A stretch of 62,986 nucleotides of DNA, counting the filler, from Chiloscyllium plagiosum (Eukaryota), in NCBI RefSeq assembly GCF_004010195.1. It is 5 parts of one record of this genome, joined end to end, with 100 filler letters (N's around TTAATTAATTAA, not from the genome) between each part and the next. Parts side by side here need not be neighbours in the genome. Positions count along the whole stretch, not along the records: positions 10,576 to 36,548 come from NC_057715.1; 4 more parts are not named here. One strand, written 5' to 3'. Position numbers and translations under genes: made by a program. Shown here piece after piece: positions 13,127-23,729 of the stretch. The first letter of the stretch is position 1. Each line of letters starts with the position of its first letter. A model generated the notes under the pieces. It made no database searches and was not told where the DNA came from. It saw only the letters and a list, made by a program, of their open reading frames with translations.

Positions 13127-13229
13127 CATGCTGACCATTTTCCCAAACTAAACTAGTTTCACCTGCCTGCTCCTGGCCCATATCCCTCCAAACCTTTCCT
13201 ATTCATGTATCCATCCAAAAGAGCATCTC

Positions 13230-13450
13230 ATCAACCTACCCTACCCCATAACCCTGCATTTCCCCATAGCCAGTTCACCTGACCCTGCACATCTTTGGAC
13301 TGTGGGAGGAAACCGGAGCACCCGGAGGAAACCCACGCGGACACGGGGAGAACGTGCAAACTCCACACAGTCAGTCGCCTGCGGCGGGAATTGAACCTGG
13401 GTCTCTGGCGCTGTGAGGCAACAGTGCTAACCACTGAGCCACTGTGACAT
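13230..13450 (-). mobile_element. tRNA-derived SINE (HE1-like), partial
   Basis: Same head and core as 11880-12190. Confidence 0.8.
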
Positions 13451-13732
13451 GGCTTGGCCAAATGCGGTCTAGACAATGAGGCCCACATCAAGAAGAACAC
13501 AATTTTAAAAAAAGACAGAGTCCACTGGGATGTGGAGGGGGATAAATCAATTCCTGTCCCTCGTTTATATCCAACAACCCAGCTGGAAAGACCAGGAGTG
13601 TTTGAGACAGAATGTTCTAGCACAGCTTGCCCTCCCCACAATCTCCATCCCACCCAATATCCATCTACCCAACCCTCATTCCATTGCTCAATGCACATCC
13701 ACCCAACCCTCATCCACCCAACCCCATCCCCA

Positions 13733-14338
13733 CATCCCCACCAACCGCCATCCCCACCAACCGCCATCCCCACCAACCGCCATCCCCACCAACCGCCATC
13801 CCCACCAACCGCCATCCCCACCAACCGCCATCCCCACCAACCGCCATCCCCACCAACCGCCATCCCCACCAACCGCCATCCCCACCAACCGCCATCCCCA
13901 CCAACCGCCATCCCCACCAACCGCCATCCCCACCAACCGCCATCCCCACCAACCGCCATCCCCACCAACCGCCATCCCCACCAACCGCCATCCCCACCAA
14001 CCGCCATCCCCACCAACCGCCATCCCCACCAACCGCCATCCCCACCAACCGCCATCCCCACCAACCGCCATCCCCACCAACCGCCATCCCCACCAACCGC
14101 CATCCCCACCAACCGCCATCCCCACCAACCGCCATCCCCACCAACCGCCATCCCCACCAACCGCCATCCCCACCAACCGCCATCCCCACCAACCGCCATC
14201 CCCACCAACCGCCATCCCCACCAACCGCCATCCCCACCAACCGCCATCCCCACCAACCGCCATCCCCACCAACCGCCATCCCCACCAACCGCCATCCCCA
14301 CCAACCGCCATCCCCACCAACCGCCATCCCCACCAACC
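13733..14338. repeat. 16-bp minisatellite, about 38 essentially perfect copies
   Basis: (CATCCCCACCAACCGC)n. Confidence 0.98.
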
Positions 14339-14559
14339 CCCATTCATCCAACTCCTGTCTAAACCCTGGAGCGACGTATGATTAGATGAGTGAGACTTCC
14401 TTGGCCAACCCATCAGTTACCATGACTCCCTATGCCATAAAACAGTTACCATGGTGCCCCAAATTGCAAACTCTGTGACTGGGCAGGCAGGTTGTACCCC
14501 AATATTGGCATTTGGGTGTAGTGTGCACTGTCCTAGCCAGTGCTGAGGGCCATAGTTAC

Positions 14560-14672
14560 CAGTGTATCGATCCCCAGGGTGAAGAGCATCAGGAAAAACA
14601 GGATTGACCAAATAAACGAACCAGGCAGCAGTGCTAAGGCTTCTGGGTAAGCAACGAATGCCAACCCTGGAC
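14560..14672 (-). CDS. SLC6A7-like: SLC6A7-like exon, EL4 and TM8
   Basis: Hand translation [38 protein letters not shown]. Acceptor ttcactgtAG, donor GTaact, 113 bp, phase 1 to 0. Confidence 0.95.
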
Positions 14673-16889
14673 CTACAGTGAACAGACGACAAGTCACATG
14701 GTGAATAGAAAGGGGTCACATGACCAACCAGGCCAGGCTGATGTTTATATTCCACAAGATCCTTTGTCCGTCCCCCCCCAATCCTCCCAAACTTGAGAGA
14801 ACTAGGTTAGTACATTTTCCAGTCTATCCCCAACAGGAAAACGGCAGCTTATTATCATTCTCTCTGAAAGCTGTCCCTCACCCACAAGGTTTGTCAGATT
14901 GAGGAGAGTTACAGCAATTTCATTTGAGAGAGGTCCCTGTGAAACTGAGAAGCAGCCAAACCAGATCCGAATGGAACGACAGGATTGGAAACCCTTTCCA
15001 ACACAGTGAGAGGCTGCAGGAATTCCAGGAAACAAGGAAGCAGTTGGTGAGAAGATCAAACTAAACCGACCCCACTTGATACAAGACACACACAATGTGG
15101 TCAGATTAGTGAAGGTGGCTGGATACAGTGGGTGTGAGAAACATAGACCTTGTTCACCCATCTGCTTCACCAATGTCCTTTAGGGTAGGTCTACATGTGA
15201 CTCCAGGCTCACAGCAATGTTATTGTCTCTAATTGCCGTCTGAAATGGCCTAGCGAGCCAGTCAGTTCAAAGACAGTTAGGAATAGACAACAAAACAGTA
15301 GCCTTGTCAGTAATGTCCATGTCACCCAGACAAAACTCCACCAACAAACTGGGCAGAAACTGTGTGCTATGTGCTGGAGTCGCTATGAAAGGTCAGAAAT
15401 AGATCGGGGAATGTGTTGGAGCCCAATTCAGAACGAGAGAATAACTCGTTTATTTAAATAATCATTTATTTGAACTTGATCTTTGAAACATATTGAAACA
15501 TACCGTATTTGGTCGGGGCTTGAGTGGGTCAATGCTGAGAGGATGTTTCCCCTCATGGGAGAGTCTAGGACCAGAGGACACCGTCTCGGTGTAAAGGGGC
15601 ACCAATTTCAGACTGAGATGGGGAGGAATTCCTTCTCTCAGACGGTTGTGAGTCTTTGGAACTCCTCGTCACAGAGAGAGCTGTGGGGGCAGAGTCCGTG
15701 TGGATATTTAAGGCTGAGAGAGATTCTTGATCAGTCGGGGATTTCAGGGTTACAGGGAATGGACAGGAAAGTGGATGTGAGGAATGTGGGATTGGCTGTG
15801 ATCCTATTGAATAGCAGAGCAGGCTTGAGGGGCCGAACGGCCTCCTCCTGTCCCTATTTCTGCTGGTCTCATCACCTTGAACGTAGGAAGAGAGACTGAA
15901 GGTAATTTGGGAGTAATTGTTCCCTAAAACTAGAACGTCCAGTTTATCGTGACTCTTTTCTGCGGCTTATTGAGTATTTATTTTCAAAAGGCACTCAGTC
16001 TGTTTCCCAGGGTGAGGGAATCGGGGACTAGAGGGCATCAGTTAAAGGTTAGAGGGGAAAGAATAAAACCTGAGGGGCAATGTTTTTACACAGAGGGCGG
16101 TGCACATATGGAATGAGCTGCCAGTGAGGCGGGTACATTAACAACATTTTAAAGGCACTTGGATAAATACATGGAGATGAAAGGTTTAGAAGGATTTGGG
16201 CCAAGTGCAGGGCATTGGGGTTAGAGTGGGTGGACCAGTTTGGGCGAAAAGGCCAGTCTCTGTGCTGCAGGGCTCTATAGCGCGATGTGATTAGCCCCCC
16301 ATTCACCAAATCCCCTTATTGCACCTACAAATTACTCTGAAAAGCACCAACAGATATGTCAAACAAAATTTCTCTACCAGAAAGCAGAATGTATTAGGTC
16401 CAGCCAGTCAGATTGAGACAGTGGGTCTCCCATTGTGCCTCAAGTGATAGGTTTGAACACTAGCCCCCATGGTTTCTGTCAGACTAGTGAGGCTATCAAT
16501 CTCTGCTTTCACTTGCCCTTCTTTAACTAATTGATTCACCTTGGTCATTGTTGGTTCTTCCGGGAGGAACCTTTCCTCTCAATCAAACCCTGTGCAGTCC
16601 CTGTCCCAGGAATGTTCGAGAGGGAGAGTGTAGAGAGAGCTTTCCTCTCAATCAAACCCTGTGTAATCCCTGTTCTGGGAGTGTTTGGTTGCTGGGGGGA
16701 CAGTGTAGAGGGAGCTTTACCGTGCTGTGCCTGTTCCGGGAGTGTTTGGTTGCTGGGGGGGACAGTGCAGAGGGATTTGTTCCCGGTCCCGTGATGTTGG
16801 AATGCTGTTGAGAGGGAAGCCCCGAGTAAGACCTACTGTACTGAGGGACTTCCTGAAGGTTTCTGATCGCTGTTAATCACTAGCCTTAC

Positions 16890-17014
16890 CGGAATCCGCT
16901 ACGTCTCCCACTGCCACACCTTTCCTCCAGGCCATGTGACCCAGGATGGAGAAAATGGCAAATCCTGCGAAGAAGCTGGTGACACAGTTGCCGGTCACTA
17001 TGATCAGGGTGTCC
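16890..17014 (-). CDS. SLC6A7-like: SLC6A7-like exon, TM7
   Basis: Hand translation [41 protein letters not shown]. Acceptor tcccAG, donor GTaagg, 125 bp, phase 2 to 1. Confidence 0.95.
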
Positions 17015-17239
17015 CTGGGAGATAAAGGATCAGTTAGAAATGCCTGCAGTTTCTGAATGCTGCAGGGACCGTATCCCTACATTAACAACAGACAACAGTC
17101 TCAGGGAAGGAATTAGTTGCATTTTCACATCCTCATTGCATCAGAGTACTTTACAGTAGTAAAGGTTATATTTGAAGGGTAGACATCCCATTGTGCACAG
17201 CAAGATTCCACAGGCCACAATCTGACAATCTGGATGTAG

Positions 17240-17511
17240 GCAACAAACAAAACTAATGTCATTTACAAAATACTGTGCAAGGATTGTAACAAAGACTACA
17301 AACAGGCAGAAATCTAGTCACCAGGATACACGAACATCAACTAGCCACAAAAAGACATGACCCTCCCTCACTACTATCCTCACATACAGGACTTTGACTG
17401 GGACAACACATCCACCTTAGGACAAGCCAAACAGAGACACGCACGAGAATTCCTAGAAGCATGGCACTTCAACCGGAACTCTATCAACAAACACATCGAG
17501 TTAGACCCCAT
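17240..17511 (+). mobile_element. Penelope-like GIY-YIG endonuclease fragment, decayed
   Basis: Reads KTNVIYKILCKDCNKDY...FDWDNTSTLGQAKQRHAREFLEAWHFNRNSINKHIELDP with frameshifts. Confidence 0.8.
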
Positions 17512-17584
17512 GTCGTGGTTAATGGGGACGAGGTAGAGAGAGCGTGATGTAACTGCTGTAACCAGTCTGTATCATCATTATTAC

Positions 17585-17688
17585 CTGACAATGTTGTTGT
17601 CAAACTTGTTGTAAGATGCCATTGACAGCAATCCTCCAAAACCGATCCCCAGGGAGTAGAATATCTGGGATGCAGCATCATTCCACAC
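17585..17688 (-). CDS. SLC6A7-like: SLC6A7-like exon, TM6
   Basis: Hand translation [34 protein letters not shown](R). Acceptor cttttatccgAG, donor GTaata, 104 bp, phase 0 to 2. Confidence 0.95.
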
Positions 17689-18861
17689 CTCGGATAAAAG
17701 GTGAAAACATGTTTGTGAGCGTTCTGCTGTATCATGGAAGCCCTGAGACTGAAGGTTACTGGTAAAACTTCCCTGACTGGATACTTGTGAACGGTCAGCA
17801 GTGCCAGGGGCTTGGTGTTAGGGCGTCAGGAACAGGAGGCTATCTCTGGATGGTCAGATCCCACCCACTCACCACAGTGCGCTCTGATTGGTGGCATCTG
17901 GATCGGCAATTCAGGCCACAGTGCACAAACCCTGCCCCTGACAATATTCCCTCATTGCAAATAAAAACTACCCCAAACCTGAAGACCAATTACTGAAGGT
18001 ACATTGTTAAACTTGAAAGGGTTCAGAAAAGATTCACAAGGATGTTGCCAGGGTTGGAGGATTTGAGCGTGTATGGAATGAGCTGCCAGAGGAAGTGGTG
18101 GAGGCTGGTATAATTGCAACATTTAAGAGGCATTTGGATGGGTATATGAATAGGATGGGTTTGGAGGGGTATGGGCCGGGTGCTGGCAAATGGGACTAGA
18201 TTGGGTTGGGATAACTGGTCGGCATGGACAAGGTGGACTGAAGGATCTATTTTCATGCTGTACATCTCTATGACTCTCCAGTCTCTCCCCTCCTTTGAGA
18301 TCCTCCTTAATTCAAAACGTTTTGACTGACCTTCGTTCACTTTTCCCTATAGTTTCCTTTCAGTAATGCAGTGAGACAACGTGGTGCTGAGACCACAACT
18401 GGAGTATTGAGTACAGTCCTGCTCACTGTGTGGATGGAAGGATGTCAATGCATTAGAGGTTGGTCAGAGACCTTTACCAAACTGATGGGTGGGTTGTCCT
18501 ATGAGGAACAATCAGGCAGGCTTGGGTTGTACCCACTGGAGTTTCGAACAGTCGGCGGTGAGTGAATTGAAACACATCTGATCCTGAGGAGACCTGACCG
18601 GATGAATATGGGAAGAATGTTTCCTCTTGTGAGAGAATCTGGAGCTGGGGGCCATAGCTTAAATACAAGGGCACTCCCATTTAAAACAGAGATGAGGAAA
18701 CATTTATTCTCTCAGCATGTTGTGAGTGTTTAGAGCTTGCCCTGAAAAATGTGGTGGAAACTGAGCCTTTGAATATTTTTAAGGTAGAAGAGGACAGATA
18801 ACTGTTCAGCAAGGGGCATGAGGAAATGAGAATTTTACATAAAGTCAGATCAACCATGACT

Positions 18862-19830
18862 TTATTCAGAGTTTGGGAGAAGATTTGTAGCTCGGGCGCT
18901 CGTTGTTGTGGTTCTGTTCGCTGAGGTGGGAATTTGTGTTGCAGACGTTTCGTCCCCTATCTGGGTGACATCCTCAGTGCTTGGGAGCCTCCTGTGAAGC
19001 GCTTCTGTGATGTTTCCTCCGGCATTTATAGTGATTTGAATCTGCCGCTTCCGGTTGTCAGTTCCAGCTGGTACAGAAGGTATACAGGAAAGCCACACAC
19101 ACAGACCAAGTCCTGAACTACGAAAACAACCACCCCAACACACACAAAAGAAGTTGCATCAAGACACTGTTCAAAAGGGCCACAACACACTGCAGCACAC
19201 CAGAACTGCAAAAAGAGGAAGAGGAACACCTATACAATGTATTCGCCAAAAACGGATACCCCCGCAATTNNNNNNNNNNNNNNNNNNNNNNNNNNNNNNN
19301 NNNNNNNNNNNNNNNNNNNNNNNNNNNNNNNNNNNNNNNNNNNNNNNNNNNNNNNNNNNNNNNNNNNNNNNNNNNNNNNNNNNNNNNNNNNNNNNNNNNN
19401 NNNNNNNNNNNNNNNNNNNNNNNNNNNNNNNNNNNNNNNNNNNNNNNNNNNNNNNNNNNNNNNNNNNNNNNNNNNNNNNNNNNNNNNNNNNNNNNNNNNN
19501 NNNNNNNNNNNNNNNNNNNNNNNNNNNNNNNNNNNNNNNNNNNNNNNNNNNNNNNAATTCGACTGGGACAACATTACTATTATAGGACAAGCCAAACAGA
19601 GAACAGCCAGGGAATTCCTCGAGGCATGGCACTCATCCACAGATTCAATCAATAAGCACATCGACCTGGACCCAATATACCGGCCACTGCAACGGACAGC
19701 TGGAACTGACAACCGGAAGCGGCAGATACAAATCACTACAAATGCTGGAGGAAAGATCACAGAAGCGCTTCACAGGAGGCTCCCAAGCACCGAGGATGTC
19801 ACCTAGACAGGGGACAAAACGTCTGCAACA
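18862..19830 (+). mobile_element. Penelope-like element fragment with inverted 5' pseudo-LTR, spanning an N gap
   Basis: ORF end FDWDNITIIGQAKQRTAREFLEAWHSSTDSINKHIDLDPIYRPL (C-terminus of a PLE GIY-YIG domain). 18862-19075 is an inverted copy of the 3' end. Flanked by catgact (18855-18861 and 19831-19837) and interrupts a CR1 3' UTR. Confidence 0.85.
18941..18980 (-). ncRNA. Minimal type I hammerhead ribozyme motif, intact core
   Basis: Minus strand reads GCA-CTGAGGA-T-GTCACC-CAGATA-GGGGAC-GAAA-C-GTC-TGC: stem I GCA/TGC, CUGANGA core, stem II, GAAA, palindromic ACGT helix III and a GUC cleavage triplet. Confidence 0.75.
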
Positions 19831-20125
19831 CATGACTATTAATTGGTGGAGCAGGTTCTGGGGCTGAATGTTCTACTCCTGGCCCTGAGATCATTTCTGT
19901 TTATGTTCCTCATGTGGTTGATGCCCTGATGTCAATCCACAGTGGGATAGTTTTACTATGTTAAAGGTACTATACAAATTAAAATTGTTGTTGTTGTGAG
20001 GAGACATTGAGGATTACCATAGTAAGTTTGTTTTTAGTAAGTCAGTTATTTTCAGGAGCAGAGGTAGACAGGAGGGAATGAGAAAATTCCTGCTCAGTCC
20101 AGGTACAGACAATCAGAAGAGAGAA

Positions 20126-20126
<1 letters not shown>

Positions 20127-20175
<49 letters not shown>

Positions 20176-20179
20176 NGAA

Positions 20180-20232
<53 letters not shown>
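20127..20232. repeat. (GA)n microsatellite
   Basis: Two GA runs separated by a single N and aaagt. Confidence 0.95.
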
Positions 20233-20237
<5 letters not shown>

Positions 20238-20291
20238 GGAGAGAGAGTTGAGGAGGAGGAAGGTTGTTTGAGTTTGAGATCTACTTTGTAC

Positions 20292-20426
20292 CTGAGCACT
20301 CCCCAGACGCTTCCAATCCGTGCTGAGGTAGAATTTGACACCCTGGAGGGAACCTTTGAGGGTGGCACCGCGGATTATCAGCACAATCAGGACCAGGTAG
20401 GGGAATGTAGCAGTCACATAAACAAT
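20292..20426 (-). CDS. SLC6A7-like: SLC6A7-like exon, TM5
   Basis: IVYVTATFPYLVLIVLIIRGATLKGSLQGVKFYLSTDWKRLGSAQ. Acceptor tttcAG, donor GTacaa, 135 bp. Confidence 0.95.
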
Positions 20427-20540
20427 CTGAAAGACACAGAGAGATGGCAGCACATCAGGGCAAACAAACATTGTGGAGCAGAGCCTGCACAGTCATGGTA
20501 CTGAAAATGTTTGAGGGAGTCTGGCTCCTTATTAATCCAG

Positions 20541-20733
20541 GAGAAAGTAAGCACTGCAGGTGCTGGAGATCAGAGTCGGAAAGTGTGTTGCTGGAAAAGC
20601 ACAGCCGGTCAGGCAGCATCTGAGGAGCAGGAGAATCAACATTTCATGCATATGCCCTTCATATTGAAACGTCGATTCTCCTGCTCCTTGGATGTTGCCT
20701 GACCTGCTGTGCTTTTCCAGCACCACACTTTTC
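20541..20733. mobile_element. Short fold-back PLE-derived element
   Basis: Same family (gtgttgctggaaaagcacagc...gcttttccagcaccacacttt), inverted arms. Confidence 0.7.
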
Positions 20734-21104
20734 AAATCCTTAACTCAGTTCTTCAGACAGGCTGCAGATACTGGGTGGGCCTTTCAGTCAGTAACAGCAG
20801 GATCCAAGTTGGCTGAGGGTGATGGAATGCACGTCTTGTTATTCTGAGATCAGTGGAGATCTGTGTGGATCCAGTTGAAAACAAACTCAAACCAGTTCCC
20901 AATGAGCTTGGTCCCACACATAATCCAACTCCCACTGGCAGGAAACTACCACAATCACTGATGCAGCATTGATGGGGTTGTGAGGTTGGTGTGGAGGTGG
21001 TTTAACTGAAACAGCATCTGACAGCAGTACAGTGTCTAGGAATACACAAGGGAAGGACATTGATAGGTTACTGGGTACAGATGGATGTTAATACCCTGGA
21101 GAAA

Positions 21105-21800
21105 TACAGAAACGAGGAGCAGGGGTAGGCTGGACAGTGGACAGTGTTCAAACCTGCTCCACCATTTATTATGATCACAGCTGATCCTCAAACACAAGGC
21201 CAAATTCCCACTTTCTCCAATACACCTTGATGCCTTTAAAACCTCAAACTTAATTTATCTCTTTCTTGAATATATTCAGTGACTTGATCTCTACAGCCTT
21301 CTGTGGTAGAGGGTACCAGAGGTTCACTCTCCACTGAGAGAAGAAATATTTCCTCATCTCAGTCCTAAATGATCTACCCAGCACTCTGAGACTGTGTCCC
21401 CTGGGTCGAGACTCCCCACTCAGGGGAAACACTATCCCTGCATCCCGTCTGTCCAGCCCTGTTAGAATGTTACATGTCCACTCACTCTCATCCTGTTGAA
21501 CTCTAGTGATTACAGACCCAGGCGAACCAACCTGTCACAGGACAGTCCTCCGAGTGAACTCCCTGCACTCCCTCCATGACAAGTCTATCCTTTCCTCAGT
21601 AGGGAGACCAAAGCTGTATTCAATACTGCAGGTGTGGTCTCACCAAGGCCCTGTTTAACTGCAGTAAGACATTTAGACTTCTGAACTCAGATCCCCTTGC
21701 AATGAAGGCCAACACACCATTTATATTCCTATTTACTTGCTTCATCCTTATTGATTGGTGCGTAAGGTCTCTTTTGTACATCTACATTGCTTAATAAATC
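21105..21800 (-). mobile_element. Decayed CR1 LINE 3' portion
   Basis: GESRPRGHSLRV...EMRKYFFSQ. Confidence 0.75.
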
Positions 21801-22057
21801 ACTTTAAAGAGATAGAGGAGTGTTGATTGGAGCGTTAATACATGCGGCAACTGGGTTTTGATGGGAACATTATCATATGAGGTGACTGGTCTTTAAAGAA
21901 AGGGTTAATGGCTAATGGGGGATGAACTGGTGTTGATCGAGGGGCAATGCAGTAGAGGGACAGATGCTGATGGAGTGTTAATATCGTGGGTTAATATAGT
22001 TTGGGTTAATGTAGTTCAGTGATAAGTGATGGTGGAGGTTCTCTGTGATCAGCTCAC

Positions 22058-22196
22058 CTTGCCTGAGCTGCGAATCCCTTTCAGACAGCACAAGAAGATA
22101 ATGACCCAGGCAGCGAGCAGGCAAATGGCCAGTTCCCATCGGACAGGGCCTGGGTCATGTAGCCCTGAACTCCTCGACAATCCCAGGGTACGCTCA
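22058..22196 (-). CDS. SLC6A7-like: SLC6A7-like exon, TM4
   Basis: ERTLGLSRSSGLHDPGPVRWELAICLLAAWVIIFLCCLKGIRSSGK. Acceptor ttttgcAG, donor GTgagc, 139 bp, phase 2 to 0. Confidence 0.95.
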
Positions 22197-23342
22197 CTGC
22201 AAAACAAGGAACCCACTGCATCAGATAGCTGCGATGTGGCACTCAGAACACCCAACAGCAGAGGGGTGGAAACAGAACATTTACAGGTATCATGGACCAG
22301 GCCAGTGACCCTCAAAACATTTCAATAAGGCAGCCCAGACCCTAACTCTGATAGTTGTTTTAAGCCGGTGTAAAGTAGATATTCTAGGAGAGGATCAGCT
22401 GGTTAAACCACTTAATTTTGAACAAAACAGAATTTATTTACAAAATTACTGAATGAAACACACACAACAGAAAACAGAATAACTTAAACCTCTTCGAAAA
22501 CCCAACGGATTATCCTGACTCAATGCTGCTGTTCCCAATACTTGCAACAATCCTCTTACACACTCCTTGGCACAAAAGGAAAAATAAACCCAACGTTTTA
22601 CAGGAGAGAAGTCAGAGAGTACCAGCCTAGACCTGCTTCTTTGGGTCCAGCAGCTTTTTCCACACTACTGCTAAAAACCAAACCAAACCAGAGAAAAGCT
22701 GAGCTGGGAGAGCCGGCCACTCCCATTTCATTGTACAAGTGTTTTTTTTAAACTTGAAAGCTTGTCGCCTGAGGCAGTATCTGTTAGCTATAATCAAACT
22801 AGCCCTAAAACCGTTCAATTTAGACTTTTTGGAGTCTGTGTCTTTTACGACATCTCTGAAAAAAAACCCAAGGACAACATAACCTTGTTAAAGGAGCAGC
22901 ATTATCGCACAGTGAATTATAAACCAAGGTCATACACAGCTATACTGATCCTAGAAAGCTCTCCAGTTAGAAACAAAAATCCTGCTGGACTCAAAACATT
23001 AACTCTTTTTTTTTCAGATGCTAAGCAACTCAGATACTGCTCCATTTCTGCAGCAACGTCTGTTTCTTATATCAGATCTCCAGCATCCTCCTTGTTGTTT
23101 GTTTATTAACGTGCCCAGTTGTCACTGGTTCAACATCCTGTGCACTTACTAACGAGGCTGTCATGTAGCTAAACACCAGCAGGAACCTGTGACGTTAAAT
23201 ACTCTGCTGAGGGTTCACTGTAATTGTTACACATCTGAGATATTTAAGAGATGTGCTAAGGTGCTGTGCAAGTCTGTCTGACCTTCCATTTGTCTAATTA
23301 GTGACAAAAATAGAATAGTAGAGAAGAAAAGAGGTAACTTAC

Positions 23343-23392
23343 TTCCAGAAGACTTCACTTGCACTTTGCTGAGTTAGGTTGGCTGTTAAATT
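23343..23392 (-). CDS. SLC6A7-like: SLC6A7-like 50-bp exon, second half of EL2 (absent from the ORF track)
   Basis: NLTANLTQQSASEVFW(N), matching the SLC6 S.SEE.W motif. Pyrimidine tract plus ctgcAG acceptor, GTaagt donor. Phase 0 to 2 bridges the flanking exons exactly. Confidence 0.9.
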
Positions 23393-23729
23393 CTGCAGAG
23401 AATGAGAGAGAGCAGTTCCTGTCAGTCTGTGAGTCAAAGGGCACCAACACTGTCAGCAGCTACAGATTCATTACTGAAGGCCCCAGTGACAGTGAAGGAA
23501 CACATTACTTTAACATTTATGGTAATTGAATCACACATCTATCTCGTTTCTTCTCTTTTACTCGTTAAAATTCCTCGATTTAGTTTTCCCACTAATTAAT
23601 GAAAACTAACTTAAGGACTCTGATGGAAGGAGGCCACTCAGCCCACTGAACTTGCCCCATCATTTGATTAGATAACGGCTGGTCTGCTATCTCAATGTAA
23701 CTTTCCATTCTATCCTTATAGCCCTTCGA

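Noticed and set aside
13231..14413. Long ORFs (213-370 aa) in all six frames
   Set aside because: By-product of a stop-free 16-bp tandem repeat.
14405..14475. Minus-strand LFYGIG/VMVTD-like peptide pieces as the missing TM9 exon
   Set aside because: The pieces are in different frames with stops and have no valid splice sites.
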